From positions 12,152,001-12,216,000 of the forward strand of contig CM022667.1 of assembly GCA_012295275.1 (NCBI GenBank): DNA of 64,000 nt, read 5' to 3'. Numbering within the stretch: position 1 is the first letter of the stretch; each line of letters starts with the position of its first letter. The stretch comes from Chrysomallon squamiferum. Lineage: Eukaryota > Animalia > Mollusca. Below are positions 43,738-58,127 of the stretch, piece by piece. The notes below the pieces were generated by a model. It had not been told where the DNA came from and did no database searches. It worked only from the letters and a program-made list of their open reading frames with translations. Made by a program: the position numbers and the translations under genes.

Positions 43738-44117
43738 CTTTTGTGACGTCATCTTCAGACTTTTCTTCTTTGACGGCGTCGTCTACGTTCTTGCCCCCGT
43801 CCACTTCGTCCTCGCTGTCGGACTTGTTCTTACCGGCGCCATCGTCGTCATCATCATCGTCGTCGTCGTTGTCGCCGGATCGGTTCCTCGGCGACCACGT
43901 CATCTTGTTCTCTTTCTTCAGCCGCCTCCTGGCGTTGGCGAACCACGTCGACACCTGGGTCAACGTCATTTTGGTGATGATGGCCAGCATTATCTTCTCG
44001 CCTTTCGTGGGGTAGGGGTTTTTCTTGTGCTCGTACAGCCACGCCTTCAAGGTGTTGGTGTTCTCGCGGGTGGCGTTTTTTCTCCGTGCGGCACTGTTGA
44101 GATCCACTGTTCCGTAA
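43738..44117 (-). CDS. Irx: Irx coding exon 4: TALE homeodomain plus acidic tract
   Basis: Encodes [64 protein letters not shown] followed by poly-Asp. Acceptor ttgccatag| and donor AAAG|gtatga; 380 nt, phase 2/1. Confidence 0.98.
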
Positions 44118-44364
44118 CTATGGCAACGGAAAACAACACGACGCAATTATTATTAATAATAATAATTATTATTTTATTAATTTTTTTTTTTCCTTATATG
44201 TTTTTTGCTGTTAAACTTTTTTGTTTATTTTTATATATTTATATTATATATATTATATAGAAATTTTTATTTTTTTTTTTTTATATATATATATAGATAG
44301 ATAGATATATATATATATATCGATAGATATAGATATGTATTATTATTATTATTATTTTTATAAT

Positions 44365-44407
<43 letters not shown>

Positions 44408-44839
44408 TTCATATTACATGCCCAAGAAAATAAAACATTTTACACAGTGGCACTGGAAATATCTTTGTTTATTTGTTTATTTTCGTACCGAAACAATATA
44501 ACAATAATATAAGTTAAAATATACTCGTTTTTATAAGATATTACAATTTGTTTTTCACTTGAAGTTAAGAAAGGATTTACGTAAAAGAAAAGAACAGAAT
44601 ACATAAATGCAATTTAAATGAGAACAAATTGTTAAATAGTTTATTTATAGATTATATGGATAGACAGATGATGAGTCACTGTAAAGTTTTAATGTCGAAA
44701 TTAGAACATGAATAAAATACGTACAGATATACATGAAAAACGTAAATTACGAAAACACACGAACAAACACGAACATTAAATAAATAAATTAATAAATAAA
44801 TAAATAAATAAATAGTCGAAATAAAATAAAATAAAAATA

Positions 44840-44869
44840 AATAATAACAATAACAACAACAACAACAAC

Positions 44870-44928
<59 letters not shown>

Positions 44929-44981
44929 TAACAAGAAGAAGAAGAAGAAGAAGAAGAAGAAGAAGAAGAAGAAGAAGAAGA
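44840..44981. repeat. (AAC)n(AAT)n(AAG)n compound microsatellite
   Basis: Directly visible. Confidence 0.95.
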
Positions 44982-45403
44982 ATAAACATACACATACAAC
45001 CAAATAACTCGCACAGACTATTCAGAAATTATTATTTTAAAATTTCTCAACCACTAAAACTTTTGCTTTTACTAACGCCTTATCTCAGCTTTACACTGAA
45101 CGACCTGAACGTTTTAGCTCATTTTGTAGTCGATCTCTTTAAGTGTGTTTACTGTGTGACTGCGAATTATCGTGTCACATTGAACGCTGACACCACCAGG
45201 ACTCGGAATTCCATCCACCCCGAAAACGACCCGAATCTCAGCTATGAATAAAAAAATCATCGAATCGCTGTCAACGTCACTTTTACTGCGGTCCTGGCGA
45301 AAACTGATCACGAGAGGAAATGACGCGAAAAATTTATAATGTGCGAGCAGGTATACTTAATATTTTTTAATAAATTCTTCTGATATTTTGGCGTGTTTGT
45401 CTT

Positions 45404-45404
<1 letters not shown>

Positions 45405-45471
<67 letters not shown>
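45405..45471. repeat. (GT)n(GA)n microsatellite
   Basis: Directly visible. Confidence 0.95.
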
Positions 45472-45474
<3 letters not shown>

Positions 45475-46133
45475 AATAAACAATATTTTTAAAATCGCCA
45501 TTTTTTATATTTTTCTTCTATATGTAATTATCTCTATCTGTCTTTCTTTAACACACACACAGACACACACACAATACGCTCTTAAAGTACATTGTACCTC
45601 TCAGTCTCAATATCTCATATATTTTTAACTACGCACATAATATCAATACACTTCTTTCACTCCGTCTATCCATTCAAATATTATCGATCCATCAGTCCAG
45701 ACCTTCATATTCCAGCCAAAAGATTCGTAATATATTCATTCAAATATTTTCAGCAATAGAATCTCATTTTTACCAGTAACAAAAATATAATAATAAAAAA
45801 AAAAAGTTTTATTTAATAATTAAAATAAAATACAATATAATATAATATAATATAATATAATATAATATAATATAATATAATATAACAAAACATAACATAA
45901 CATAATACAGTATAAAACAACAACGAGTATATTTTAACTGTATAGTATCTAATTACATCAGAAAATAGGTAAATAAATACTTTGATATTTATCATTTTCT
46001 TTGGCACGTAATATAAAAATATTAAAAAAATAATAAAAAAAAATAAAACAAATTCGACCACGTTTAATAAATGTCATTAAAAAATGGTATCAAATATCGT
46101 ACAAATCAATGAGACAATTAAAATCAAACTCAC

Positions 46134-46243
46134 GCGTTGCTGTATGGGTAGGCCGCCATTGCTGTATCGTAGGGGTAACAAGCCGTCGGCTGACTGATTC
46201 CTCGCCAAGTTTCTCCCGGCTCCTTCAACTCATAGTGACCATT
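46134..46243 (-). CDS. Irx: Irx coding exon 3 (NGHYELKEPGETWRGISQPTACYPYDTAMAAYPYSNA)
   Basis: Acceptor atttcacag| and donor GC|gtgagt; 110 nt, phase 0/2. YELK..YPY..YPY is typical of the Irx pre-homeodomain region, and the phase fits both neighbouring exons. Confidence 0.92.
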
Positions 46244-47125
46244 CTGTGAAATATACAAATCAATATGTTTAACTCATAGTGACCGTTCTGTGAAATATAC
46301 ACATCAATATCTATAGTTTAATATGTTTAACTTATAGTGACCGTTCTGTGAAATATACAAGTCAATATCTATAGTTTAATATGTTTAACTCATAGTGGCC
46401 GTTCTGTGAAATATACAAATCAATATGTATATTTTAATATATTTAACTTATAGTGACCGTTCTGTGAAATATACAAGTCAAATATTTCATTATAGTGATC
46501 CGTTATATGAAACTCACAAGTGACCATTTGGAATATACAAATCTTAATATATTTAACTCATAGTGACCATTCTGTGGAATATACAAATTAATATATTTAA
46601 CTCATAGGGACCGTTCTGTGAAATATACAAATCAATATTTCATTATGGATATCTTAATATATTTAACTGATAGTGACCATACTGTGAAATATATAAATCA
46701 ATATTTCATTATGTATATTTTAATATATTTACAGTTACTTATCATTCTGTGAAATATATAAATCAGTATTTCATTATGTATATTTTAATATATTTACAGT
46801 TACTTATCATTCTGTGAAATATATAAATCAGTATTTCATTATGTATATCTTAAAATATTTAATTTCCAGTGACCATTCTATAAAATACATTTGTCATAAT
46901 CTCATTTTGTATATCTAAATATATTTAACAGTTAGTGGTTATTCAGTGAAATATATAAATAATATTTAATACTATGCGTACACTTAATAAATTTAACAGA
47001 TAATGACATTTATATTAAATATACAAATAAATATCTAATACAGTGTGTGCATCTTAACAGATTCAACTGGTTTTGAAATATACAAGTGTTATTTAATTTT
47101 CTCTTCATATCTTAATATATTTAAC
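46227..47125. repeat. Degenerate minisatellite (44 to ~60 bp unit, about 12-14 copies) overlapping the exon 3 acceptor
   Basis: Core aactcatagtgaccrttctgtgaaatatacaaatcaatat is repeated, and copies decay with distance from the exon. Confidence 0.9.
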
Positions 47126-49711
47126 GCCTTCAGACTGTTATGTTAAAAACATAATCAGCATTTTATGCTATGCGAATATCATAATAAATAGGTCTCGTTA
47201 TATATACAAACCAGTTCATTTAAGTCTTAGTGCATAATATCCGTGTATAATCATTTATTTTATTTCAGTATTTTATTTTATATATATTTTAGTGTAACTG
47301 CCGTCCAAAATATTTAAAGTTTTTTTTATAACTTATGATTATTATGCAATGATCATGATGATGTTGATAATAATGATTATATATTAATCGGAATTTTTGA
47401 TCATTTCATTTACATATAATTAGTAGTGTTTGTTTGTTTAAATATATTTTAATTTCACTCAGTTTTATATAATAATATTGATTCGTTGTTTTATTGTCTA
47501 TAATATTATTATTACTCCGGCCTTACTTGTGATTCTTTTTATTATACAGATGATTCGATGATTCATAATTTTCAAAATTTCTGATTTATAATTAAGTCTG
47601 TCTGCCTTTTTGTCTCTCTATGCATATACATACAAATATACATATACATATACAAATACTTATATACACACACACAAACATATATGAACATAATAACGGT
47701 TTATTTTTTTTTTATGCACGTTAATTCTAAATCTTCTTAAATTTCTTAGCATTAGAATTCAGTTTATTCCGTTCTCATTATTACTTCGTTCAACTGCGTT
47801 TAGCATAAAATTAATATAATTAAAGTATATTTAAAACAAATACTTGTTTTATTTTATTCTTAAGTACTGGAATTTTTGTGAATTTTATTCAGAATGTCAG
47901 ATAAAATAACTTTATTTAATTTCAGTGCTTAATGTTGAATGCTTGAATTTAAATTAAAGTTAACTTAGAAAATGAGTTTAAAAAATTATAATAATAATAA
48001 CAAAAATATGATAAAATAACAAAAACAAAAACAACAATAATATAAATAATAATCAGCTATATAAATTCAAACTCATTTGTTAGGAATACGTAATAACTAA
48101 ATAATAAAAATTAACAGAGTATGAAATCGAAGTTACATATTTATAAATACATACATCCTAAACATGCACATTTCAACAGATACAACAAAACCAAAAAAAA
48201 AAAAAAAATAGTTAAAATTAATATTTCAATGAACACTCGATATGATTTGATACTTTTGAAAGGTAGTTGATTGATAATTATACATATGACATTTAACTAT
48301 TATTAAAAACTGGTTTATTAATTATAAATATTTAAGGAAAATGGAATAAAGGTAGTTCTGAAAATATTAATATTATTTTCAAAAAACGCGAACGCAAAAT
48401 AGTTATTAACATACATAAAATATCAAACTAATGTAATTTATTTTCGTGATCTTAATTTTATTTATATATATATATATTTTTAAGCGTTTGAATATATTTG
48501 ATTTTCGATTTCTGATTCTCAAATGAAATTATGATACGTTTTAAGTATTTATTATTTTAAAATTTCTGTTAAGTATTTAAAATTAGTAATTAATAATATG
48601 TAAACTTCTTATTTATATTTACATACAGACGACCCATAACAATTATAACTGTACCACAAGTTTTTTTTTATTACTGTTGTTGTTTATGTTGTTGTTGTTT
48701 TCCTTTTTGAATCTAATGAGTAAAGAATGTGTATGTAAACATGTTTATAGGTTTTTCACTATTTGGCCTTTGTCAATGCAAATATTCAAAATTGTTATAA
48801 TTACCTATAATTCTTAAAATTAATATAACTTATTATCTTTATAAAGCGTTTTAATAATAATAATAATTTCAATTACTTTTACTTTTTTAAATTTCTTTAA
48901 AAATTGGACCATAAATAAATAAATAAATAAATTAAAATTAAACTTTATATACTTCTTTCTGTAAACCATTTTATCTTTTGTGTGTTTTATTTTTAATTTT
49001 CAGTATTTTAATTAATCTTCATATATGCATGCACCTAAGTATATTTTTTGTATTATTATTTTTTTTTTTTTTTTTTTACTCTTTATTTAACATATTTTAA
49101 TTTTTTTTTATTTATTTATCAAACGAACCTTGTACAATTCACAAACTGCTAAAAAAAAATAAAAATAATAATAATAATAAAAATAAATAAATAAAACAAT
49201 ATCACAGTCAATAAATATCGATTTTTCTGTCTGTACCAACAATTCGGTAATCATATTACACACATGTACATTTCATTCATCCATAAACTTTGCACCGTTT
49301 TCTCATGTCGTTTTCATTAGCGACAAAACGAGACTCGTACATTTCACAAGAGCAGTGAAATAGATTTCTGTTTCCGCCCGCGAAAAAATGTCTTCCAGCT
49401 TGGCAGACATTGGCACGCGCTTGCAAACACACTGAGCATGTGTAACGCCGAGCAGTTATCGGTTTATTCGTTAAGTTTCGTAATAAAAAAAAATTACCCC
49501 CAACTGTGAGGATTGCGCGCGCTATTACAACACTTGAAACGCACTAAAACGCGCGAGGGTTTCGTCTGCTGTGTTAAATGAATGCGGATGTCTGAAATGA
49601 AAATATTGTGGCAAACCTCTCAATTCTGTTTTCATAACAATTTGGAGGTAATCAATCGCAAATTTCCGTTACTTTTTTATTTTTTATTTTTTTTTTCTTC
49701 TTCTCGTTCAT

Positions 49712-49749
<38 letters not shown>

Positions 49750-49996
49750 TTTTTTTTTTTTTAAATATGCACACAAATAGATGGGTGAAATGTACTGTAT
49801 TATTATTAAACTATTATATTGTAGTAGTTGAAGTAGTAGTAGTAGTAATAGTAGTGGTAATGATAGTGGTGGTAATAGTAGTAATAATAGTAATAGAAAA
49901 ATATTATTATTATTATTATTCATCATCATCAGTTACTTCTTACAGAAAACACAACATTAAATTAATTTATTAGTTTCCTTTCACTTTATATATATT

Positions 49997-50037
<41 letters not shown>

Positions 50038-50215
50038 TCATTTATTTATTTATTTAGTACGTTATTTAGTTAGTTTGTTTGTTTGTTTTGTTGCGAATAA
50101 TCACATTCTTTTCTATGTTTATACTTACAGAAATAGGCTGTCACAAAAGCAATCAAACATGCAAAAACATATACAAATACAAACACATAATTATATATTT
50201 ATATACATACATACC

Positions 50216-50218
<3 letters not shown>

Positions 50219-50280
<62 letters not shown>
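50219..50280. repeat. (CA)n microsatellite
   Basis: Directly visible. Confidence 0.97.
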
Positions 50281-50285
<5 letters not shown>

Positions 50286-50650
50286 ATCTTCGTTAAAATT
50301 ACAAAATCTTCGTTAAATTACAAAAGAAAAAAAACACAATTACTTTTAAAATTCTGAAAAAAAAATAAAAATAAAATAAAATAAATAAATAAAATAAACA
50401 TACTTAAAATTACAAATGTTTTTACTCTTGAAAACAACTACCAGACTAAATCATTTTATTCATGAATTCAGTAATTTTACTTAGTCCGTGGCGCCAAACA
50501 TCTCGTGCGATGCTCGTGCGTACGAGAAATAATTTTGTGTAAGGCAAGTGCTTTCCCATGAAAACAAATTTACTAAATTAAGCAGTACTTTGTGAAGAGT
50601 AACGAAATTACCAGCACTTTGGAATACTGGTAGTTGATACATATACAAGT

Positions 50651-50697
<47 letters not shown>

Positions 50698-50797
50698 AAA
50701 CATTTTTTTTTTTGGTTTCTTTCTTCTATTTACTCCTTTTCTCAAAAATCAAAATTAATATAAAAATACACATTTTTATAAACTATTTTGTTTTATT

Positions 50798-50856
<59 letters not shown>

Positions 50857-51403
50857 CATTTTATTTTTTTTATTTTTTTGAATAATTGTAAATATTTTCT
50901 TCCTTTAATTTTAATTTTTTTTTTTTTAATTTTATTCATCAGTTTTTTTTTTTTTAAATATTTTTGGTACACAGATTTAAAACTGAATATAATATAATAT
51001 ATATATATATATATATATATTTATATTTAATCTGAAAATTCGGTGTATGCGCATCAAACGTCCACGCACGTGTTAAAACAATTTATCACTCAACTACACC
51101 AAGCTGATTAAAATAACACAAAAGAGTAAATTTTATGTCGTCAGCTGTAAAAGAAATAAAAATATGAAAGATACGTTTTCAAAAATAATTATTTATAAAA
51201 CCAAAATTTAAATAGTGTAAACTCGCTTTGTTCTGCCTGTACATCGGTCTACATCTGTTTAATGAGAAACATTAAAATTCTAATTTAAAGGCTGGGAGAG
51301 TAAAAAAAAAAAAAAGGTTTAAAAGCCACAACAGAAACAGAAACAACTCTGGGATTAAAAAGAAAAGAAAATTCGCATCGGAAAATACCGGACGACATAA
51401 AAG

Positions 51404-51435
<32 letters not shown>

Positions 51436-52404
51436 TATAGACTTCGCTTGTACCGTTATCATTTCTAATTAGTTGCATCACGGGATAACATTATCCTTTA
51501 ATCATGAGGAAAGCGCGGGTTTAAGCACGTGCACTTGAGCAAATGTCGTCTGCGAAATATCACTCAAGTCCCGACTGAGTGATTTAATTAGAAGCATACT
51601 TTGAGATACAACATTTCGTAGATAACGGTCTCTGGAAATATTTTTCAGTTTTGCAATGAAGCCACCTGTATGCTGTAAAATGAATGACATGCATTTTTTT
51701 TTTTTTTTTTTTTTTTCAGAAGAATATCAACGAGCAAATTGTGCAGTGGACATAAATTAGACCTCATTAACTCCCAGACTAATTGAAATAGAACACTCTG
51801 TTTTTATTACAAATAATTGTCAGTGTTTTCGTTTTTACTTTGGGCGACATCTTGGACTTCAAAAACCCCGATGTCAAGGTTTTTCTTTTGTCTGTTTTGA
51901 AGCGAACAATTAAGACGCCGTTTTGATGTATATTGTGGTTGAAGTTTTATTGCTTATTCTTTTTCAGATGAAAGTTCTGCAGTTTAATGGTCTGTTAAGA
52001 GAATGATAAAAAAAAATTAAAAAAAAAAAATATCGGGGATAAATGTTCGTTTTAGTTAAAGAAGTGTAATCTAACTCGATCCCATTAAAAATAAAACATG
52101 ATATGCTTTAGAAAGATAATTTTTTTTTTTTTTAAACTATTTTTTTCTTCTTCTTCTTCTTCTCTAGTTTCATTTATCGCATATAAATCTCTATCAATTA
52201 CATAACTTTCTTTTTGTTCTTTCAAACTGAAACAAATTACTAACATTAAATTTAGATTTAGATGTTCTCAGTCTTATCATGTTAGCGTTTTTCTTTCTTT
52301 CTCTTTTCAGTGATAATTCCCAACTCGTCAGATATTCTTTCTCTTTCTTCCTTTTCTTTCTCCTTCTCTCACTAAATTTAATATGCCCATTTAAACATAC
52401 ACAT

Positions 52405-52604
52405 GTACAGACAGACACACTTACAGACAGACACACAAACAGACAGGGAATCATACAAACATGCAAACATCTAGACAGATAGACGGGTAGATAAATAAAT
52501 AAATAAAAAGACGGACAGACAAACATAAAGACAGACAGACAGACAGATAGATAGATAAATAGATATATAGATAGATTCACTGATTAGTAGACAGATAGAT
52601 AGAG

Positions 52605-52650
<46 letters not shown>

Positions 52651-52835
52651 TCAGATAGATAGACAGATATATAGATAGATAGATAGACAGATAGATAGAC
52701 AGATAGATAGATAGTCAGATAGACAGATAGAAAGAGAGACAGGCAGATAGATTAGATACATAAATAATATATTAGATAGATACATAGATAGACAGATAGA
52801 CAGACAGATTATATAGATATAATAGACAGATAGAT

Positions 52836-52877
<42 letters not shown>

Positions 52878-52995
52878 AGCACACAGAGAGACAGACAAAC
52901 AGATGAATAGAGAGATAGATAGATAGACAGATAGATAGATAGACAGATAGATAGATAGACAAACAAACAGACAGATAGTTAGATTAGACAGATAG
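52405..52995. repeat. (GATA)n/(GACA)n compound microsatellite
   Basis: Directly visible. Confidence 0.95.
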
Positions 52996-53132
52996 ATCCA
53001 TATCCATAAGCTCTCATAAAAAAAAGACAAGACCGATGTTTTCACTTAGTGTACGTGTTACTTTCAAAAAGAGATCTCAAAGCACGATAAAGGAAGTTTA
53101 TGTTCACTTTAAATTTCACATTTTTAAAAAAA

Positions 53133-53135
<3 letters not shown>

Positions 53136-53218
<83 letters not shown>
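53136..53218. repeat. (CT)n microsatellite
   Basis: Directly visible. Confidence 0.98.
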
Positions 53219-53219
<1 letters not shown>

Positions 53220-54039
53220 ATTCCTTGAACAAACGCTTTTTCGAAAGGGTGTGATTTCGAGTGTTTGAAGCAGATCCATCAGACGACTGGAAGTGATCGG
53301 TTTTTGCTATTGACACTTTCAACAGCTAAGCGCTTGGCACCGGGGAAACGACGCAGGCCACACCGTGACCACGGCCACGACGATCCGTCACTCGTGGCAC
53401 TCTGTTTGCATCGCCGGTGACAGAAACAACCCCGGGGAAAAAACGACACCTGCCAGATGGAAACATTTTTCTTGTTGACGCTGTACGTTTTACAAGTGGG
53501 TCGTCGCTTTTCAGCGAAATAGATTTCAAAACGAAAGTTTCGTTTGTAGCATGACGTTTGTCTGTTGTTAGTGGTAGATGAAGCTTATTTGTTTGTTTGT
53601 TTGTTTTTGTTTGTTTTTGTTTATTTGTTTGTTTATTTTTGATGCTATTGTTGAGGTTTTTTTTAAAAATGTTGTTTTCGTTGATATTGTTGTTGTTGTT
53701 GTTTTTTTGTCACTGTTGCTGTTGTTTTTGGTTGTTGTCGTCGTTGTTGTTGGTTATGGTAGTAGTATCAGTTGTTGTTGTTTTGTTGTTTTCGTTATGC
53801 TGATCTTGTTCTCGATTTTTATTTTATTTTATTTTTTTTCAGATACTAATAATGTTGTATTTGACCTTTTCTCTTTTTTGTTATTTGTTTGTTTGTTGTT
53901 GTAGTTTGTTTTTTATTTTTTATTTTATTTTATTTTTTTTTTTTTTTTGTGTGTGTTTTTTTTTTTTTTTTTTTTTTTGGTAGGGGGGATTCCTGAGGTT
54001 TTTACATCATTTTCAATTTATTTTAAGCAGAGAACTCAT

Positions 54040-54073
<34 letters not shown>

Positions 54074-54175
54074 AAGAAATAGCCTGGCAAACAACAAAGT
54101 AAAAATAAAAAATTAACAAACCCCTATCCCAACAACAACACTGAAGTTAATAATTAAAATAATTTAAATATTCAC

Positions 54176-54412
54176 CAATGGCGGATAAAACGCTGAATGA
54201 TCACTCCCCAATGGCACGTAACCCTGCGTTGAGTATGGCGACGCCTGGTAGAGACTGTCAGCAAGGCCGGCAACTCTGGAGTAGCTCATCAGGCTTGGCG
54301 TATACTGACACGAACAAACGGTTTGACCCGTGTGAGGATTCGTCACAAGCGCTCGGCCATTTTCGCAGCAAGATCCGGACATTGACGAAGTTGGAGAGCT
54401 GGTTGCCCGATG
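54176..54412 (-). CDS. Irx: Irx coding exon 2 (HRATSSPTSSMSGSCCENGRALVTNPHTGQTVCSCQY...SAFYPPL)
   Basis: Acceptor tttacacag| and donor TTG|gtgaat; 237 nt, phase 0/0. Contains the Cys-rich N-terminal Iroquois motif and SAFY. Confidence 0.93.
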
Positions 54413-54592
54413 CTGTGTAAATAAATATATTAATTAATTAATTAATTAATTAGTAAGAAATAATGAAAGAAAGGTAATGAGAATAATAAATAAATAAATA
54501 AATAAAGGAAAAAGAAAAGAAAAAAATACTAGTAGAAATGTGATGATGATAACGAGAACTACAACAACAACAGCAGCCACAATAACCATAGC

Positions 54593-54629
<37 letters not shown>

Positions 54630-54969
54630 GTAGTAGTAGTAATAGTAAGTAGTAGTAATAGTAGTAGTAGTAGTAGTAGTAGTAGTAGAAGCAAGCAATA
54701 TTAGTTCTTGTAATAATAATTGTTGTCGTAGTGGTGATAATTATCATAATAGAGGTAAATATAATGTTACTATATTTATAATAATTTTTTACTTCTTTAC
54801 AATGGATGACATCAACCTGTATGACGTTATTACAGACACAAAAGTGACAGGAGAGAAATAAATAAGAAAATATAGTAAAAAAAAAGAAAGAAATGAGCAA
54901 TGTATCACCTCTAATTTGAAAGCTGAGATTTTCACGAGCCTGGAGGTAGGGCTGGTCTTTTAGACCGCA

Positions 54970-55000
<31 letters not shown>

Positions 55001-55169
55001 GGTATATTTGTAACGTGTCATGCCTACTCCAGTAGATAACAATAATATTATGAAGAGCCACTCGCCTCGGGCTTTCTAATTACTGAAACAGTGTTTATAA
55101 ATGACGTATTTATCTGCGAAAAGTGCGCGAAGGAATAAATAAATTATTGGCCGATAGAACACCTTTAAT

Positions 55170-55200
<31 letters not shown>

Positions 55201-55224
55201 CATTTTTCTATTTTAAATGAAAAT

Positions 55225-55257
<33 letters not shown>

Positions 55258-56044
55258 CGTTTTATTTATTTATAGTTTTTATTATTTCTTTCACAGACAT
55301 GAATGCCCTCACGCGTTTTTGAAGTCATTATTTACAAATGGAAGTCTTTGAACAAAATTATTTTTATTATAATTTATGTTTTAAATGAGATATATGAAGA
55401 TGAAACTAGTGCTCTGAATAAAGGCAACAGTGAATTAATTATTCAATTATTACGCATAAACTTTCACAAAAGAAGAATAACTGTTTTTTATTTTTAAATA
55501 ATCACACGCGAATGAATGTTAACACTGAAATATAAAATTACATTAGAGTTTTGTATTTTGATTCTTAAGTTATGAGTAATCTTTTGAAAATTATCATTAT
55601 TTATTAATATATAATTCGAGACGGAAAATGTCATATCTTTTTTTTTATTTTTATTGTTGTTGTTGTTTTTATTATTATTATTTTACCTTTATTCATGATA
55701 ATGATTGTTGCTGTATTTGTATGATTTTTGTATTCATTTATATTCCATTATTTATCCAACCATCCATAACCAACGATATGTAATGATATAAATTATTTAA
55801 ATATCTATCCATATATGTGTCTATTGTGTGCATGTGTTTCTGTCTGTGTATGCTAATGGGACTACATGTGTATATTTGTGTTTATTTATATATGTATGTA
55901 TGTACATGTATGTCACTTCTTTTTGATATTTCCAGTATTGAGTCTATTATTCTTTATTGTTTTTCTTCTTTCATTCATTCATTCATCTTATTTTCATACC
56001 TTAAAAATACATCTATCTATCTACACATCTTCTCACCTATCTTC

Positions 56045-56770
56045 TTACCTACCTATCTACCCACCTACCTAGACTCTCTATAATTGTTTACTTCTACCTA
56101 CCTACCTACCTACCTAGACTCTCTATTATTCTTTACTTCTACCTACCTACCTACCTACCTAGACTCTCTATAATTCTTTACTTCTACCTACCTACCTACC
56201 TACCTAGACTCTCTATAATTCTTTACTTCTACCTACCTACCTACCTACCTAGACTCTCTATTATTCTTTACGTCTACCTACCTACCTACCTACCTAGACT
56301 ATCTATTATTCTTTACTTCTACCTACCTACCTACCTAGACTCTCTATTATTCTTTACTTCTACCTACCTAGACTATCTATAATTCTTTACTTCTACCTAC
56401 CTACCTACCTAGACTCTCTATTATTCTTTACTTCTACCTACCTAGATAATCTATAATTCTTTACTTCTACCTACCTACCTACCTATACTCTCTATTATTC
56501 TTTACGTCTACCTACCTACCTACCTACCTAGACTATCTATTATTCTTTACGTCTACCTACCTACCTACCTACCTAGACTCTCTATTATTCTTTACTTCTA
56601 CCTACCTACCTACCTAGACTCTCTATTATTCTTTACTTCTACCTACCTAGACTATCTATAATTCTTTACTTCTACCTACCTACCTACCTAGACTCTCTGT
56701 AATTCTTTACTTCTACCTATCTACCTACCTACCTAGACTCTCTGTAATTCTTTACTTCTACCTACCTAAC
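56045..56770. repeat. Compound minisatellite of about 17 units (33/41/45 bp): constant agactctctattattctttacttct core plus variable (acct)n
   Basis: Directly visible tandem array in intron 1. Confidence 0.95.
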
Positions 56771-58020
56771 TACAGTATCGACAATACTACGACTTCTGCC
56801 TACTTACAGTATTTATCCACATCTATCAAAAACGTCGAGTGTATGTGCGCCGTTTACGTAGGAAGGGGGTACGAGATACGAGGTACAAGGGACGAGAAAT
56901 CGATGCTCGGGGCCAGGCATTACCAATCGATCAATGTCACAGTGTGAAATTGACAAGCTCTGCAATGTTTACATCTGTATGTACCGTTACCGGCTCGAAA
57001 ACGACGTGTATCAAATGATGTAAAACAGTTAGAAAAAATCATTAGCGAAATTGCCGCTGTCACGATTATATTTTATTTTGAAAGAAACACTAGTCGATTA
57101 TTGCTGTTTGGTGTCTGTCACTTTTCGCGTGTTTTTCGCGTCATGTTCATGATAGATTTATTATTAATGGTTGCTACAGATTTCGCCAGATATGTTCGCC
57201 CGTGTGTCGAGTTTCAGATTTTTATTTTTGAAAGTTGTCGAAAAATATGAACCGTCAGAGACAAAAATAAAAATTATGTTCATCGCTGTTTCAGATTTCA
57301 GATTATTATTTACAAAAGCTGTCGAAAAAGCGACACGTCAAATCAACGAAATTGAGCATAAAACTAATAAAGGAAAACAAAATAGAAAAGAAATCTATAC
57401 GTAAAACTGATATATTTTACTTATATTTTGAAATGTATCGTTTTACGAACGCAGAGTTTTATCATCATCATCATCAGTCATTATCATTTTCATTATTATT
57501 ATCATTATCGTTCTTCTTTTTCTTCTTCTTCTTCTTCTTCTTCATATTATTAATGTTATTGCTTTTGTTATTATTACTGTTCTTATTATTGTTAATGCTG
57601 CTGTTGATATTGCTGCTGTTCCTATTGTAATTCTTCTTACAGAAAATTAATTATAATTCAGTCAAAATAAAAACAAATCGTAAATACTTTTCTTTTTTTC
57701 GTTTTATCTTTGTATTATTTCTTTCCTTCTTTATTTTTTGGTTTTATTCTTCTTTTTTTTTTCTTGTATTTTCTTTCTTATAATTTATTCACTTTTCTTT
57801 GATCTATTTTCTATCTTATATTTATTCACTTTTCTTTGTTATATTTTCTATCTTATATTTATTCACATTTGCTTCTTTATTTGATTCTAGCTTTTTCAAG
57901 TGTTCCACGTGCAGAAAAACAACTTTAAAATTTCATTTATTTCGACTGTCGTTGGTTTTTGTTGCTATTATGCGCTCAGTGAAGAAGCAGAATAATACTT
58001 TCACCGTCTAAAGAATATAC

Positions 58021-58127
<107 letters not shown>

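Noticed and set aside
43680-44260. Plus-strand and alternative-frame ORFs over the homeobox exon (also 34330-34651 and 54178-54420)
   Set aside because: Shadow ORFs of GC-rich Irx exons.
56045-56770. Regular repeat superficially resembling a CRISPR array
   Set aside because: The intervening sequence is (ACCT)n rather than unique spacers, the context is a eukaryotic intron, and there are no cas genes.
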